Assembly: GCF_036321535.1 (NCBI RefSeq)
Contig: NC_087436.1
Span: 101,372,001-101,436,000, forward strand
DNA length: 64,000 bases
From: Camelus dromedarius
Lineage: Eukaryota
Direction: 5' to 3'
Under the pieces are notes generated by a model that saw only the letters and a list, made by a program, of their open reading frames with translations, had not been told where the DNA came from and did not search any database. Positions 1 to 12,900 of this stretch are shown here, piece after piece. The position numbers were made by a program, and so were the translations under genes. Position 1 is the stretch's first letter, and the number at the start of each line of letters is the position of its first letter.

Positions 1-1859
1 AAGTTACAAAGTCAAATTTAGAATATACTATACCAAAATTATATTTATTTCAAGGATATTTATAAATTATATGTATTTTCAAAGTCAAATTCTACATTAT
101 GTTAAAATTCTGTTCTAGGTTATCCAACAAGAAAAATGCAATTATGTAAAGAATCATTAAATGTGAGAAGACTAGTTTTTGAGCTCTGCTGTCAGGAGGA
201 GATCTTCAGAATGTTATATTTGAAAATTAAAAGCTCTGGAAAAGTTAACATAAAGCAACACTGTGAAGGGTTATTTAGGAGGAAAGAAGAACATCATCCC
301 TGAGGAGTTTTATGTCCTTTGAAAAGATCTTTACCAAAAAAGACTGAGAAAAAGAAGGAGAGAGATTATTTTTCCTTAACCAATCTTCCCAGTTTTTTTT
401 TTTTTTTGAAAATACAGCTCTGAATCAAAGCATATGTTTGAATGGAATTACCAGAATATTTATTTCTGAATCTAAATGTTTTATATACATTCCATAATTA
501 TTCAGTAACTTTTACTTTCAGCTGAAGTAAGACCTATGTCATCAATGAGTTCATGAGGTTTTGCAGTATTTTTATCTTCTGAGGACACCATGTGAGCATG
601 TATCTGTGCGCGTGTATCTCAGCCTCTTATAGCCATATCAACAATTGCCTTGAGTAACAAAATGATGACATTGGGAACATAAATTTTGAAAAGCTGATTG
701 ACAACTGTTTTCCTCTTGAACCATGTTTTGAATCAATGGAACACTGTGCTGAAATCAAATTATGAAGAACTCACTTATAATCAGTATTCTGCTAGGCACT
801 GGTTTAACAACACAGTACATCTCCTCCATGCTTTAAGGGTGGGGAGACACTAAAATTGTCTACAAATACTTTATTAAATGCCTATTAAGGACACATATAG
901 TCTGGGGGGGGGTCAGAATATCTCCAGTACACCACAGGTTAGAGTAATTCATCTGAGTAGCTGGCCTGCTGGACAAGAACAAGGGACAGATTCCCTTGGA
1001 TTGGTGAGTGAGGGAAGAAAATGGTACTGACTTACGGGTATAGTTAGAGAGCAAATCTCAAAACAGAAACATGATGGTAAGAGAGATTTCTTAGTGAACA
1101 TATTTTCAAGAGAGGGTGCAAAAAACTGGGTAAGAACAAACAAGTGTCACCTACAGAGGGTAACTGCATACTGTAATTTTTCTGTTTCATGAAAGTATTT
1201 ACTGATGAATCTAATGGATCTACTTATGGTCTAATATTTCTCTTTGGGGCACTCTGGGTTAATCCCATTAGCTTTTGCAATCTGCTTTCCATTACATAAC
1301 GTGTACTCTTTTCCATTCATCCACGTGTTTCATGATTTTTCCACTGGCAGTCATCCATGGAGGACTTATTGCAAAGGTAATGCAAACATGAATGGGAAAC
1401 AGTTTTTCCTAGGACACAACTCTGCATGTTGCCAAATAATTCTCCAGGATATAGAGTTCTTATTTATTCAGAATACTAAGACTAACTCAGTTTTCTGCTG
1501 TATCTACGAAATAAAGAGGCATGGATTACTTGGATTCCATGTCCCTGTATGTAATCTAAGGGTTGGTATTCAGCTATATTTAGAAAATCACTTTAATTAA
1601 GAGACAATGTCCAGTGTTGTAAAAGTGTCTCTTTTGATTTGTTCACGGGATTGCTGGGTTTGTATTCAGTGTACAAAGTTCATGTACATAAACTTAACTG
1701 ATTATGAAAATGAAAGATTAATTGATCAATCAACTAATGTTTATTAGTACTTACTAATACTATGAATGGCCTTATGTCCTTAATTAAAACATTTTAAAGC
1801 TAAAATGTGGGCCAGCTCAGAGATAAGTCACTTTTTAGGCCAGTAATTGCACTGAACAA

Positions 1860-3050
1860 TTCTCTCTTTGTGGCCAAATCAAGATAATTTTCAGTCTTTA
1901 TCTACTATATTCCTCTGCCTCATTTGAAACTGTTGACCTCGTTTTACTTGGAACACTCTTTCCCGTTAGTTTCCACACACGAGCATAACATTTCGGGCCT
2001 ACTCCTGAATTCCTTTCATAGTCTCCTCTTTTCCGTCTGTGCTGTAAAATGTAGTTGTTCTTCAAGGTGCTGTTATGAGCCCTATTCTAATTCTTTCTTC
2101 TGTATTTTCTCTGTGGATCCCAGCTACTCCAGCTGCTTTTCTTCAGCAAACACATAGGTGCAGATGACATTACAAATTTCCAAGATTCATCTCACTCATG
2201 AACTTTTATATACGATGTATCATTCAACATCTCCACCAAAAGCATACCATAATGGCTTCAAATCCAATTTATCCAAAACCAAACTATCTTCACCCTGTCC
2301 TTCCCAATTTTCCTCCCTTATTCTCTATCTTGTTCCCCCAAATCCCGAGTCTTCCTTGATTCCTTTATTTTCCACCTCCAGATGCAATCAGCCACAGCTA
2401 TTCATTATTATTTTTCACATATGTTCATTTCTTTCCTTCTAGAATCATAGTTCAGGCCATATATTCAATCTTGGATTTTATATTCACTTCTTCCAGTTTC
2501 TAGCCTTGCCTTCCAATTTATTTCTCCCACTACCTATTAAGTCATCATTTTAATATTTAATCTGATTATTTTTCTTGCTTTTAAACGTGTCATTGGCTGT
2601 ATTTGTTTTCTCTACGATACATTCAGGGTCTTTCATGATTTGGCCCCTGCTTATACCTACAGTTTTTCTCCTGCCCTCTCCACCTATTCTAAATGAACTG
2701 AACATTTTGCAGTCTTATGAATAAGCTACTGCTTCTGGCTTCTTGGAATTTGCTTATGGTTTTGGCTTTAACTGAAATTTCTATTATTCCATTTCTTCTC
2801 ATGGCTAATTCTTACTCAGTCTTGAGCTTTGATTTAAAGAGTAACTCTTCTAGGAAACTGGACTGTCCTAAAAATGTTCCAAAACTTTGTTATTATCCCT
2901 GTATTAGCAATTATTATAAATCTAGAAATTTTTTTTTAAATTTCTTTTTTCAATATAAACTGTTGGAAGGCAAGCACTCTGTCTCTGTCACTGTTGTGGT
3001 CCCAGCACCAAAATGCTCTCTAACGTACTATAGTATGTAGGCACTATGTA
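1860..3050 (+). mobile_element. L2 LINE remnant (3' part)
   Basis: Pyrimidine-rich L2-like motifs (gcagatgac...; aaatccaatttatccaaaaccaaactatcttc) and an L2-type 3' end (tataaactgttggaaggcaagcactctgtctctgtcactg...gtaggcact). Boundaries approximate. Confidence 0.7.
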
Positions 3051-3714
3051 GTGTAACATACTATAAATGTAGGCATGGTGATCCATTACTACTAAACCCA
3101 ACAAATTCTGCTAGCACAAGTGGAACTTAGGAGAAAATTAGCTGGAGAAAAGCACCTCTTCTTCAGGTCCTAGGGGTATAAATAGGTGAGCATATATTCA
3201 GATAAATTTCAGTCCCTGTTCCCTACCTCCCCTCTGAGTTGGAGGGAATATGGCGGGACGCAGTTGGTACAACCAACCACACACTTTGTTCCTGCGGGTC
3301 TCGACCAGGGATGCTGGAAGCTTGAGGATATCAGTGCAGAACTGGCACAAAGTACACATCTAACTCATGACAGAGTGATTAAGGTAGTTGAAGGGTCAGT
3401 CTAAGTTTTGAAACTAGTGTTGAGTGCAGTTATTATGAATTATACTAATTTATCTTTAGTGACTTCAGAGTTGCTTTCATTACTATTTCAGGTTACTTTT
3501 GGTGTTCCTTCTATCAGGTTCTACTAAGATAAAATAAGTTGAGATGCAACTCTACTAAGGTATGTGTAACCAGTAATCTTGAGTTTATTTGAAAATGCTA
3601 ACTCTCTTTGATGGAGCGTATCTTCTAGGATTATTCAGTGTTAGAAATCATGTGAAGAAGAAGGGATTTAAACGATTCTTTTTTTTTTTTCCAACATCCT
3701 TAGAATAATACCAC

Positions 3715-4167
3715 TATATGAGTTTCCTAGGGCTGTCGTCACAATGTTCCACACACTGGGTGGCTTAAAACAACAGACATTTATTCTCTCACAGTTTGAA
3801 AGCCAGACATCCAAAATGAGGGTGTCAGCAGATCCCCTTTCTCTCTGAGGGAGCAAATTTCCTTTCCCTGTCTTAGCTTCTGGTGGTTTCTGGCAATCTG
3901 GCATTCCCTGGCTTGAAGCTGTATAACTCTAATTTCTACCTCTGTCATCACATAGACTTCTTTTCTCTGTCTAAATTTGTGTCTTTACATGGCTTTTTTG
4001 TAAGGGCACCAGTTATTGGATTAGAGCCACCCTAATCCAATATAACTTTATCTTAATGTGATTGCATCTGCGATGACCCTGCTTTCAAATAAGTTCACAT
4101 TTACAGGCACCAGCAGGGGTTAGGACGTGAACGTATCTTTTTGGAGGACACAGTTCAAATCACAGCA
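3715..4167 (-). mobile_element. MaLR solo LTR, MLT1C-like
   Basis: Reverse complement of the MLT1C consensus across its full length (gtttcctagggctg...gggtggcttaaaacaacagacatttattctctcacag...ggaggacacagttcaa). Imperfect 5-bp TSD: ACCAC (3710-3714) and GCCAC (4168-4172). Confidence 0.9.
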
Positions 4168-4499
4168 GCCACAAATACTACAGCTTACTCTGTCGGTCTG
4201 TGAGACTCATTCTGAAAACATATTCCTCTCTCTGAAAATGCAGTGAATATTTGTTTTGGAGGACAGTGGGTCTGGACCAGTATGGTTGTTTTACTCTGCA
4301 GTGGTCTTTGCTTCATTACTCAGCTAACTCCCTGTGTTTCCTATGCACAGGAAAGAGTCCCTTTTATCTTTGAGCAATCCCTCCTTATCCTCTTTGTACC
4401 TTCCCACCTCAGCTCTTCTCTTTTTCATAATTTCCAATCTCCTTTCTTGCTAAAACCTGAAAGGTAAGCTTCCAAAACATGTAATGGTTTATGCCCGCT

Positions 4500-5872
4500 G
4501 TTCCCATCCTCTCTAAAACCACTTTAGTCAGGTTTTTGCCTCCTACCGATATAATGAAACTGCCCTCTCAAGGTCACTGATGCCTTTATGCTGTTCTTTC
4601 CAGCGGTTCATTCTCTGTCCTCAATATCTTTTATCTCTTAGGAGCATTTATCATGATTAATTACATGCCCTTGTTTTATCTCCTAACTCAGTGGTCTTTC
4701 TTTAAAATCTCTTTTGCTCACGACTCTCCTGCCTGTTAATGTCACAATACTTAGAGGTTGGTCTTTTTCTCCTTTCTATTTCATCACTCATGATGATTTT
4801 TTCTGGGCTCATGACTTGAAATACCCGTTATACGCTGATGACTCTCAAATGTATACATCCAATTCAGACTTCTCTCTTGAACCCTAGATTTGTTTATTAA
4901 CTGTCTATTTGGTACTTCCACTTGAATATCTGATAAATATCTCAAAAACAGTATTTCTGAACTCTCAGATTGGGCTCTTTCTCCTCCCTTACACCCCAGC
5001 TCACCCCAGAAGAAGACTACATAAATTATCCTCTTTCTGTATTCATCCCAGGTCTATTTTTTGGCAACTCTTTACAATTGCTCAGTTCTAAGAACTTTGA
5101 GTCATTGGAGACTTATCTATTTCTCTCACAACCCACACAGTATTCAACAACAGGGAATCCGGTTGAATTTATATCCCAAGTATATCTTAAATCTAACCCT
5201 GTCTCTCTGTTTCCTGCGATCACCCTGGTTGGTATCAACAGCCCTCTCGTAGATTACTTCAGTAGCCTCCTAACTGGCCTCTCTACCCTCTAACCCCTTA
5301 TTCTGTTCTCAACAAAGTATCTAGACTGATCATTTATAAACAAATACAATCACATTACTCTTCTGAACAAAACCTTAAGATTTTTCTACATTTTACTGAG
5401 AGAAAAATTCAAAGCCTTTACAATGTCTGATGAGGTAGTAGCTGACCTGGGTGTCCTTCCTTCATCTTTTCCTGTCATACTTCTCCCTGCTTTGCTGGTT
5501 CTTCTCTAGCTACACTTGTCTCTGCCATCTTAGGGTCTTTGTACCAGCGATTCCTGATGTGTAGTCAAGCCCACAGTTCCTTCAAACCTTTGCTCAGAAT
5601 TCACCTTTTCCGTGAGTTGTAATTAAAATTGCACCGTGCTCCTTTCCCAGTTCCCTTTTATTCTGATCTGTTTATATTTTTCCATATCACTGCTCCACTT
5701 CCAATATGTTACTGTATTTATGGTATTTATTTACTATTGTCTAATAGAATGTTAACTCCACAAGACTAGAGATCTATGTCTGTTTTATTTACTTGAGTAT
5801 CCCAAGTACCTAGATTAATGTCTTGCACATAAAAGATGTTCAAATTCAAATTTTTTGAGTAAATGAATGACT
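4500..5872 (+). mobile_element. L2 (L2a-like) LINE remnant
   Basis: Diagnostic L2 motifs (gctgatgactctcaaatgtatacatcc; ccacttgaatatctgataaatatctcaaa; agtagcctcctaactggcctc) and a 3' tail ending in aaatgaatga. Confidence 0.85.
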
Positions 5873-5999
5873 GAGTCAGCAGTAATATAGTTTCATATAA
5901 TAGTCTCACAGTGGATGCCTGAAATAACATGTGTTCATTTTACATTTACTTAGGAATAAGTTTACAGAGAAAAATAATGTCATCACAGTAGTCACCATC

Positions 6000-6225
6000 A
6001 CAATTGTTGGTAGTGTTTTTCTAGATGCCTAGGGACTCTTTCACATAATTTAATTTGACACTTATCTATGTTTTAAGTGTCTATAAATAAGACCACTGAA
6101 CTCTGCAAGATGCAGATACTCGATGAGGCTTAAACAGCTTGTATAGTGGTAGAGCCCAGAGTCAACACCAGGTCTGTATGGAATGGATTGAAATTCCACT
6201 TTAACCATTCCATGATATTACCACT
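6000..6225 (-). mobile_element. Degenerate MIR-family SINE
   Basis: Weak antisense MIR core (gaggcttaaacagcttg...agtggtagagcccagagtcaacaccaggtctg). Confidence 0.4.
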
Positions 6226-9200
6226 TGTATAACCACTCAAGGAGCAGTCGGAAAGTATCTTTCCTCTTGCACATATGCTTTCTTACATGTGGCTGAGTGT
6301 CATTTCCTTATGTGAGACAGATGCTGCTCATCCAGCTCAGAAATGGTTAGTATGGATTTGTTAAGACTACGACTGATACTGTTATTGTGTTATTATTATT
6401 ATTTTTTTCTATTGTCATCAACTTCTTTTTTAAAGCAATCTATGATACATTGAGAAATGCTTCTAGGAAATAGCTTTGCAACTCAAAAATGGCACTTCAG
6501 AACTAAGTAATTTAATATTTCACAGAGGAATGTACTGGATGCACCGATTTCCTCAGGGCTTTGTTTGGACTCACAGAAGTGACAATGTGCTGCTCTATAA
6601 TAGGTCTTGAGCTTCCTTCACAATAGGCTTTTTATGTCGGTGGCCCAGAAATCATTGTGACGTCCGCCTTAAAGAGGATTCACTAACTGCCTTATTTATT
6701 TGGTTGCTTTTTTTTTTTCCCTGTAATGCCTGTGCTGCTGTTACTTGAAGATGGCTTTCTGAAATAAGTAATTTTCTTTCCTATAAATGGTTATAGTCAC
6801 ATTTCTCATGAATTTGAGCTCCAATTCAGTTTCCCATTTTTTTTAACAAACTTTTTTAGGTCATGTCTAGTGTGACTTCAAATTTTTGGACAGGAAAGAA
6901 AAACCTAGTATTAATCTGATAGAATGCCATATATCTAAATACAATGAAAACCACGTGGAGCTTCTCAGCAGTGAGACTGAAAGCGATAGAAAAGATTGAG
7001 GAAACTATATTGTCATTATGATTTAATTTCAAATATTCACATTCTGAAATTATCAGATTAAAAAAAATCACCTTTTACAGGATGACATATGCTAATTATA
7101 GCTTTCAAAAGTAAGGAAGAAATGATAGCTCAGGTAGCATGCTGACCTGTTTGACAGTTGTAAATTTGGAAAATATTTGCTTAAGAAATGCAGGTTAGAT
7201 AAATACGCAATTACATTTCACAGCGGAACTATTTACCAATGGTGCACTATGATGGGATGTTTGAGAAATCCTTACATCAAGTTTAACTATGCAAATCTTA
7301 ATCTAAACCCATATGCCTGTGTGGAATGAAAGGAGAGAACTGAGGTTGAGGACTCAGATAAAAGACATTTTTCTCAAGAAAGCCAAAAGTGTAGGATAGT
7401 TGTTAAACTGTTTTGATTAACTTGAGGCTCATATATTAAGAGCTGTGACTTTTTATGAATACAATATTATTGCTTTCAAAAATTTATAGTAAAAGGTTGC
7501 AAACTTCCTAGGAAACTCGAATTCCGTGTATGTACAATGTTTGGACTCTGGAACTTGGGGACATTGGACATGTATTTCTGTTATCCCTACAGAATGTATT
7601 ATTTTGTTAAAGATTCTGTGGTTCAGAATAAAGTTGAGTGGCTGGTAGTCACATGTTAAATACCTCTATCCATGTTGATGCACATCCTGGGAACATGCAA
7701 TCATAAGACTATAAATCAAACACTAAACTTACGCATATTTGAAAAACAATCCCAGGATTGTAGATTCCTACATACTTGTTGCTTTCTTCACCCAGGGAAA
7801 TTTGCCCACATAAATGAGCAGCCTTCAACTAATTTAATATTTTATTATCTAGACTTTCCAGTCACATACCATTCCAATAAACATAGGCATTACTGAATTT
7901 AGATATATTTGATTACTGTGTTTAACCTTCAGACAAATATATTCCAAAAAAGTCTCAAATGAATTATTCTTACTGCCGACATTTAGTTTTTCTGTAGTCA
8001 GAAAATGTTAAGGGGATCTTTCTGAAAGATTTAAACCCAGAGATCAATATCAAACCTTATAATGACTTTTGATAGGCATTTTGTTTAGGTACACACAAAG
8101 TTATTAATTAGAAGAAAAGTAGTTTAAAAAGTTGGCTTGTAATCACCTCTAGGGAAAGAAAGAAGGTAGGTTACTTGGCATAATCTTCTTGTAAACATCT
8201 TGGTAAGTGGACCTCCTAGTAAATAGACAAGCAGTGCTTGCCAGGAGGGTAGTAGTTACCTATGAAGTGCTTTTAACAAGACATTTCTGCTTTAGGATTG
8301 TTTATGGTAAACAAACTTGTGTTGTAGGAATTTATGAGGCATGGCCTCCTAGAAAATGTCATGTAAGCCCTGTAACTATCTGAGAGTATCAAACGGAGAT
8401 TTTTCATAAACTAAATCCTCCTCACTCTTTAAGGTATCCCATAAACCTCATGGGACACCTCTTACATTACTGAGTCATGGAGTACCTGCCTCGTGTTGAC
8501 AGAAAGGACATAGTTGTACAAAGTTTTCATGACCCATGCTCCTCAATCACTTGTATCTCTGAAATTACTAGTAATGCTTGCTACTAAGTCCTCTGATTTG
8601 TGTGAATCTGACTTTACAGCATGATCCCTGACATTAGCTAAGGAATCCTCAGCATTCACATCTCCATTGGTTACTAGTTCACACTTCTATAGCAGATGCA
8701 TGGTATTAAAAAAAAAAAAGTTAACTTTGTATAATTCCAATAAAGAATAATTTAATGAAGCATTTAATAAGTCTTTAATAGACCTAGGGCACACTGTTCC
8801 TACCAAATACATAGGTAGCCAGTACTTCAGAATTAATGCCCCCCCCAAGAAATGTTGCTTGGGTAGAAATTAGATAATTTAGAAAGTTTTAATTCTCACA
8901 CACAGATCTTCATTCTCTTGATCACTTAATAATATTATAGTTATTTGAATAAACTAAAAGTCTGAAAAACTTGTTACTTTTGATTTAAAAATTATAGCTG
9001 ATTCTCAATAAATTTTAATTGCATTTTAAAATCTGCATAATCTCATCTTCTCAAAACATCTAAAAGACTGAAACTCCTAACCTTTCATTTCCAACCCATT
9101 AAATATTTTGGTGCATTCTCTTACAGATTTCTGCAAGTTTATTTGCTGTTGCCTAGTCTAACCAGAAATATATGAGATGTCTACATGAGAAATAAGGAGT

Positions 9201-9828
9201 AAGAATCTTTCAGTTCTCTTTCAAAATCCCAAAGAAGTATATAACCCAAGGAACAGAGAGAAAACTCCAAGATGTGAGTTTAGTTCCCACCCAAGCATAG
9301 AACAAATATGTAACTAAAGGCTGTATATCCCAGCAGTGAGGTTACTGGGGGAAGAATTTCATGTAGAATGGAAAATGGGAATTAGAGGTTGGGGAAGGGC
9401 ATTAAGGGAGATGGCTTTTACATCTGCGGTTCTAATGAGTCTGATCTCTGTCATCCTAAATTTATCTGTTAAACTCTGTTGATTAGAAGGCAAGTCTAAT
9501 GAAGCCAAAGTCTAGGGTCTGAGAATTTGGACCCACAAGTATAATTCCTCCATAAGAATAAGACATTATGTTGGAACAAATCAAGAGCTATGCTAGAAAA
9601 CTTACCTGGTAGTTATTAATATAACTTCTTTGATGGCTACACACATCAGCTTATTGTAATTATACTAAAAGACACTGCTATAAGATATAAACAAGCTCCT
9701 TGCTGATATAACAAAAATACGTTAATCAGATATACAATTTATATTACCAAACTCATTTTATTTGGATTACAACTGGTAGAAGAACTTCTAGAGGAAATAT
9801 TTCATATGAGAATTTTAAAACTGAATGA

Positions 9829-10003
9829 GGGGGAAGGATATAGCTTAAGTGGTAGAGCGCATGCTTAGCATGCATAGGGTTCTGGGTTCAATCCCCAGTA
9901 CCACCTCTAAAAATAAATAAATACACCTAATTACTACCCCCCCCAAAAAAAAACTAAAAAATAAAAATAAAAATAAGAACTATACTTCAATACAAAATTT
10001 TTA
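9829..10003 (+). mobile_element. Camelid tRNA-derived SINE (Vic-1-like), copy 1
   Basis: tRNA-like head with A box (tagcttaagtgg) and B box (gggttcaatccc), body cctaattac-C-run and an A-rich tail. 12-bp TSD AAAACTGAATGA at 9817-9828 and 10004-10015, at a TTTT/AAAA L1-endonuclease site. Confidence 0.93.
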
Positions 10004-10064
10004 AAAACTGAATGAAATCTTAAATTTGTGTTTCATAACATTGGGAGTAGAGAACTAAAATCGG

Positions 10065-10140
10065 AAGAACACTTATATACTAACTTTTCTTAAGGAACAC
10101 ATATAACTTAACTTTACTTAAGGAACTTAACTTAAGGAAT
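10065..10140. repeat. Degenerate short tandem duplication, (cttaaggaac...)n
   Basis: Three to four diverged copies of taactt...cttaaggaa are visible. Confidence 0.6.
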
Positions 10141-10329
10141 AGATAGAAATGCTTAATGTACTAAAAATTATCACCAAGGTGACCAGGCAGTAAAAATAAA
10201 CATAGAGAAACATTCATAAGTTTACTAAATACAGTATGGACAATTATAGTTATATAAGTTATATGTTATATAATTATCAACTGCTTCTAAAAAAATTGTA
10301 TGCAAGAATTTAGTAATAATAAATATTAT

Positions 10330-11260
10330 GGGATTTATAAGAAGAAAAAAAAAATTTTTTCAGAGCTATAACTGAAAATTTTCTAGGAAAATAGAAACTC
10401 CTAGATGGAAATTTTGAATATTATAAAGATTTAAAATCTTTTCAAATTAACATTTAAATTTAATAATTTTCTAGTCACAAGCCCCATGTGATTTTTTGGT
10501 GACATGATGAAGTCATACTAAATAAAGTTAACCTGGAAGTATAAATAGTTTAGATATCTAAAGAACACTTATTCTAGTAAATATTAAAATATATTTAACC
10601 AAAAATCAATTTATCAGACACACACACACACACACACACACACAAATACACAAATACACACACATACAATGTATAAACATAGCCTAACATGTATTTCATT
10701 GAGTATAGGATGAAAGTGGTCATAAAATCAGTGGGGGAAAACCGGATTAACTGATAATTGACACTTGGAATTGTGATAAATATTTGAAAAGTTCAGGTTC
10801 TAGCCACACTTCACTCCGTATGCAGATGTAAATTGCAGGAGCATTAACACTAAAATGTAAAATTTGAAAACCTAGAAGTTCTGAACTAAAAAGTTGATGA
10901 CTCTTATCTTGGAACGTGAAAGTTGTTTCCATACATAACAGCAATGAAAGAAAGTACTGAGAACAACAACCACAACAAAAGAGGTGGGTCTGACTTAATG
11001 TTTAAATATTGTTTTACCAATACACATAATAAATAAGATAGAATGTCAAAAAACAAATCTAGGAAAAATATCTGCCTAAATAAAGCAAGTCAAGAGTTTT
11101 GTTTTTTTTTTTTCATAAATAAAGTACATTTATGATTCAATAAGAAAAGCATTATAATCCCAAAAGAAAGATGGTTGAAACACCCAGAACAGTCATAGAA
11201 AGAAATGTTAATTTCTGTTTATGAACATATGGCACACATATATGAACTTTCTCAATATAA
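10330..11260 (+). mobile_element. Old L1 (L1ME-like) ORF2 3' remnant
   Basis: A-rich strand with L1 ORF2-like motifs (aaatcagtgggggaaaaccggattaactgataa; ggaaaaatatctgc). Contains a (CA)n run near 10618-10644. Confidence 0.6.
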
Positions 11261-12499
11261 TTTTGTATTTTTTTCTTAAGTTTCTATGATGAGAAAAACT
11301 CAAATTATCAATGTAAAGAGTATGAAATATAAGATAAAATTAAAATGAATGTTAATTTTGCATTATTCCAATTTAACTCAGCAAAATATATTTCTTTCTT
11401 TACACTTAATTATGATATTCACATAATTTTCTACTCGGAGTTAATGAACCAAGAAAATGCAATTGGCATGCTTTTTCAGCCAGCAATATGTTTCACCTCA
11501 GAAAACAAACACATTCTTTGTAGCTGTAATAAACTTCAAAATTTTGCAGAATGGTACTAGTAAGACCTTTGACAGAAATTTCTGTCTCAATCAGTACAAG
11601 CTTACTTTATCTTTAGTAGTCTTGATTAAAGCAGTATATCTGAATCATGTTTGCATATTTACTTATTATGCTTGAAAACTTCAAATATATGTAAAATTTA
11701 TACTGCTAATTAGTTATAAACACCTGTCAGAGAGACAGGTATTAATCTGGGTCTGGCTTCTTTTCAGGACACCACATTAATATTCTTACCTACTTTGCAG
11801 GATGAGAAGGAAAATATGGGTTTACGTGAAGCATAAATATAAAAATTACAAGTACATTTGAATCTACAGCAATTTATTCTGCATGGAACATACATGTCTC
11901 TGTGTACCTATTAAACTACAGATAAGTCAGAGGTACATAAATCTTCCTTCTAATTCTATATTCATTAGACATCAAACCAATCATCATAATAATTCTTCAC
12001 ATTTGTATTATGTTCAGCAATAGTGACCTTCGCAGTGATTGACCTCTAGAGTTAACTCTGATAGTCTTAACTGAGGATTTCTCCAGTATGCAGAGGAAAA
12101 TGTTAAGGGTAACAGAAATTATGCGATTTGTTCCTGAGACTCCTGAGCGAAAGAGCTAAACTCCACTCTCCTTATGCTTAGTTTGGTGTTTTGAGTCTTT
12201 AGCCGATTTTAAACAAAAGGCTTTGGTTAATAATCTTTCACTTAATGCTATCCTTGATAGCAAGAAATTTAGCAGACTGGAACATCGTTGAGCTGCAAAG
12301 TGGTCCAGTTTTTCCCCATTATTTCGGGAATGTGCTAACGTGCTGATGAACAACATTGTCATCAAGGTTCTCTTGGTGACACTCAGGGATCTTCCTACAG
12401 GCATTTATTTATACCTGTGAGGAAGTAGTTCTCACATCACTTACCCTCTCAAGTAGGTTGTTGCATACCTACTATTAGCCCAGTTCTTTTTAGGTCCAG

Positions 12500-12900
12500 A
12501 AGATAGTGATATTAGAAGGCAGGCTTTTAACAAAGATTGACATACAGAACATTAACTATAATTATTGCCAAGTGATTTGAAGGAGAAATACAGAATGCTA
12601 TGAGAACTTGTAATGAAGGGACTAGGTTAATTTTACATTCAAACCTGAATGTTGTTTAGCTGTCAGCCATGTGAGTGAGGTTTGGGGCTGGGGCCGGTGG
12701 GTGAGAGAAGGGAAGAATATTTTAGACTAAGGAAATGTCATATGAGACCCTAAGGTGGGAAGGGCGACGGTGACTTCAAGAAATAGCAACCAAAATGGCT
12801 TAGGTGTAATGAACAAAGGGAAATTAATGACAAAATTATGGGAGACACATAGTTAAGGGCGATGTCGTTTCACAAATTATATGCTTGGACATGAATAGAA
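12500..12900 (-). mobile_element. L2 remnant (antisense)
   Basis: Purine-rich antisense L2 motifs (aaggagaaatacagaatgctatgagaac; gtcagccatgtga; ccctaaggtgggaag). Confidence 0.45.

Noticed and set aside
3021..3077. Short imperfect direct duplication (taacgtactatagtatgtaggca / taacatactataaatgtaggca)
   Set aside because: Local slippage at an L2 3' end. Two copies only, with no array structure.
9829..9905. tRNA-like sequences here and at 16344 and 30870
   Set aside because: These are SINE heads with a body, A-tail and TSDs, not tRNA genes.
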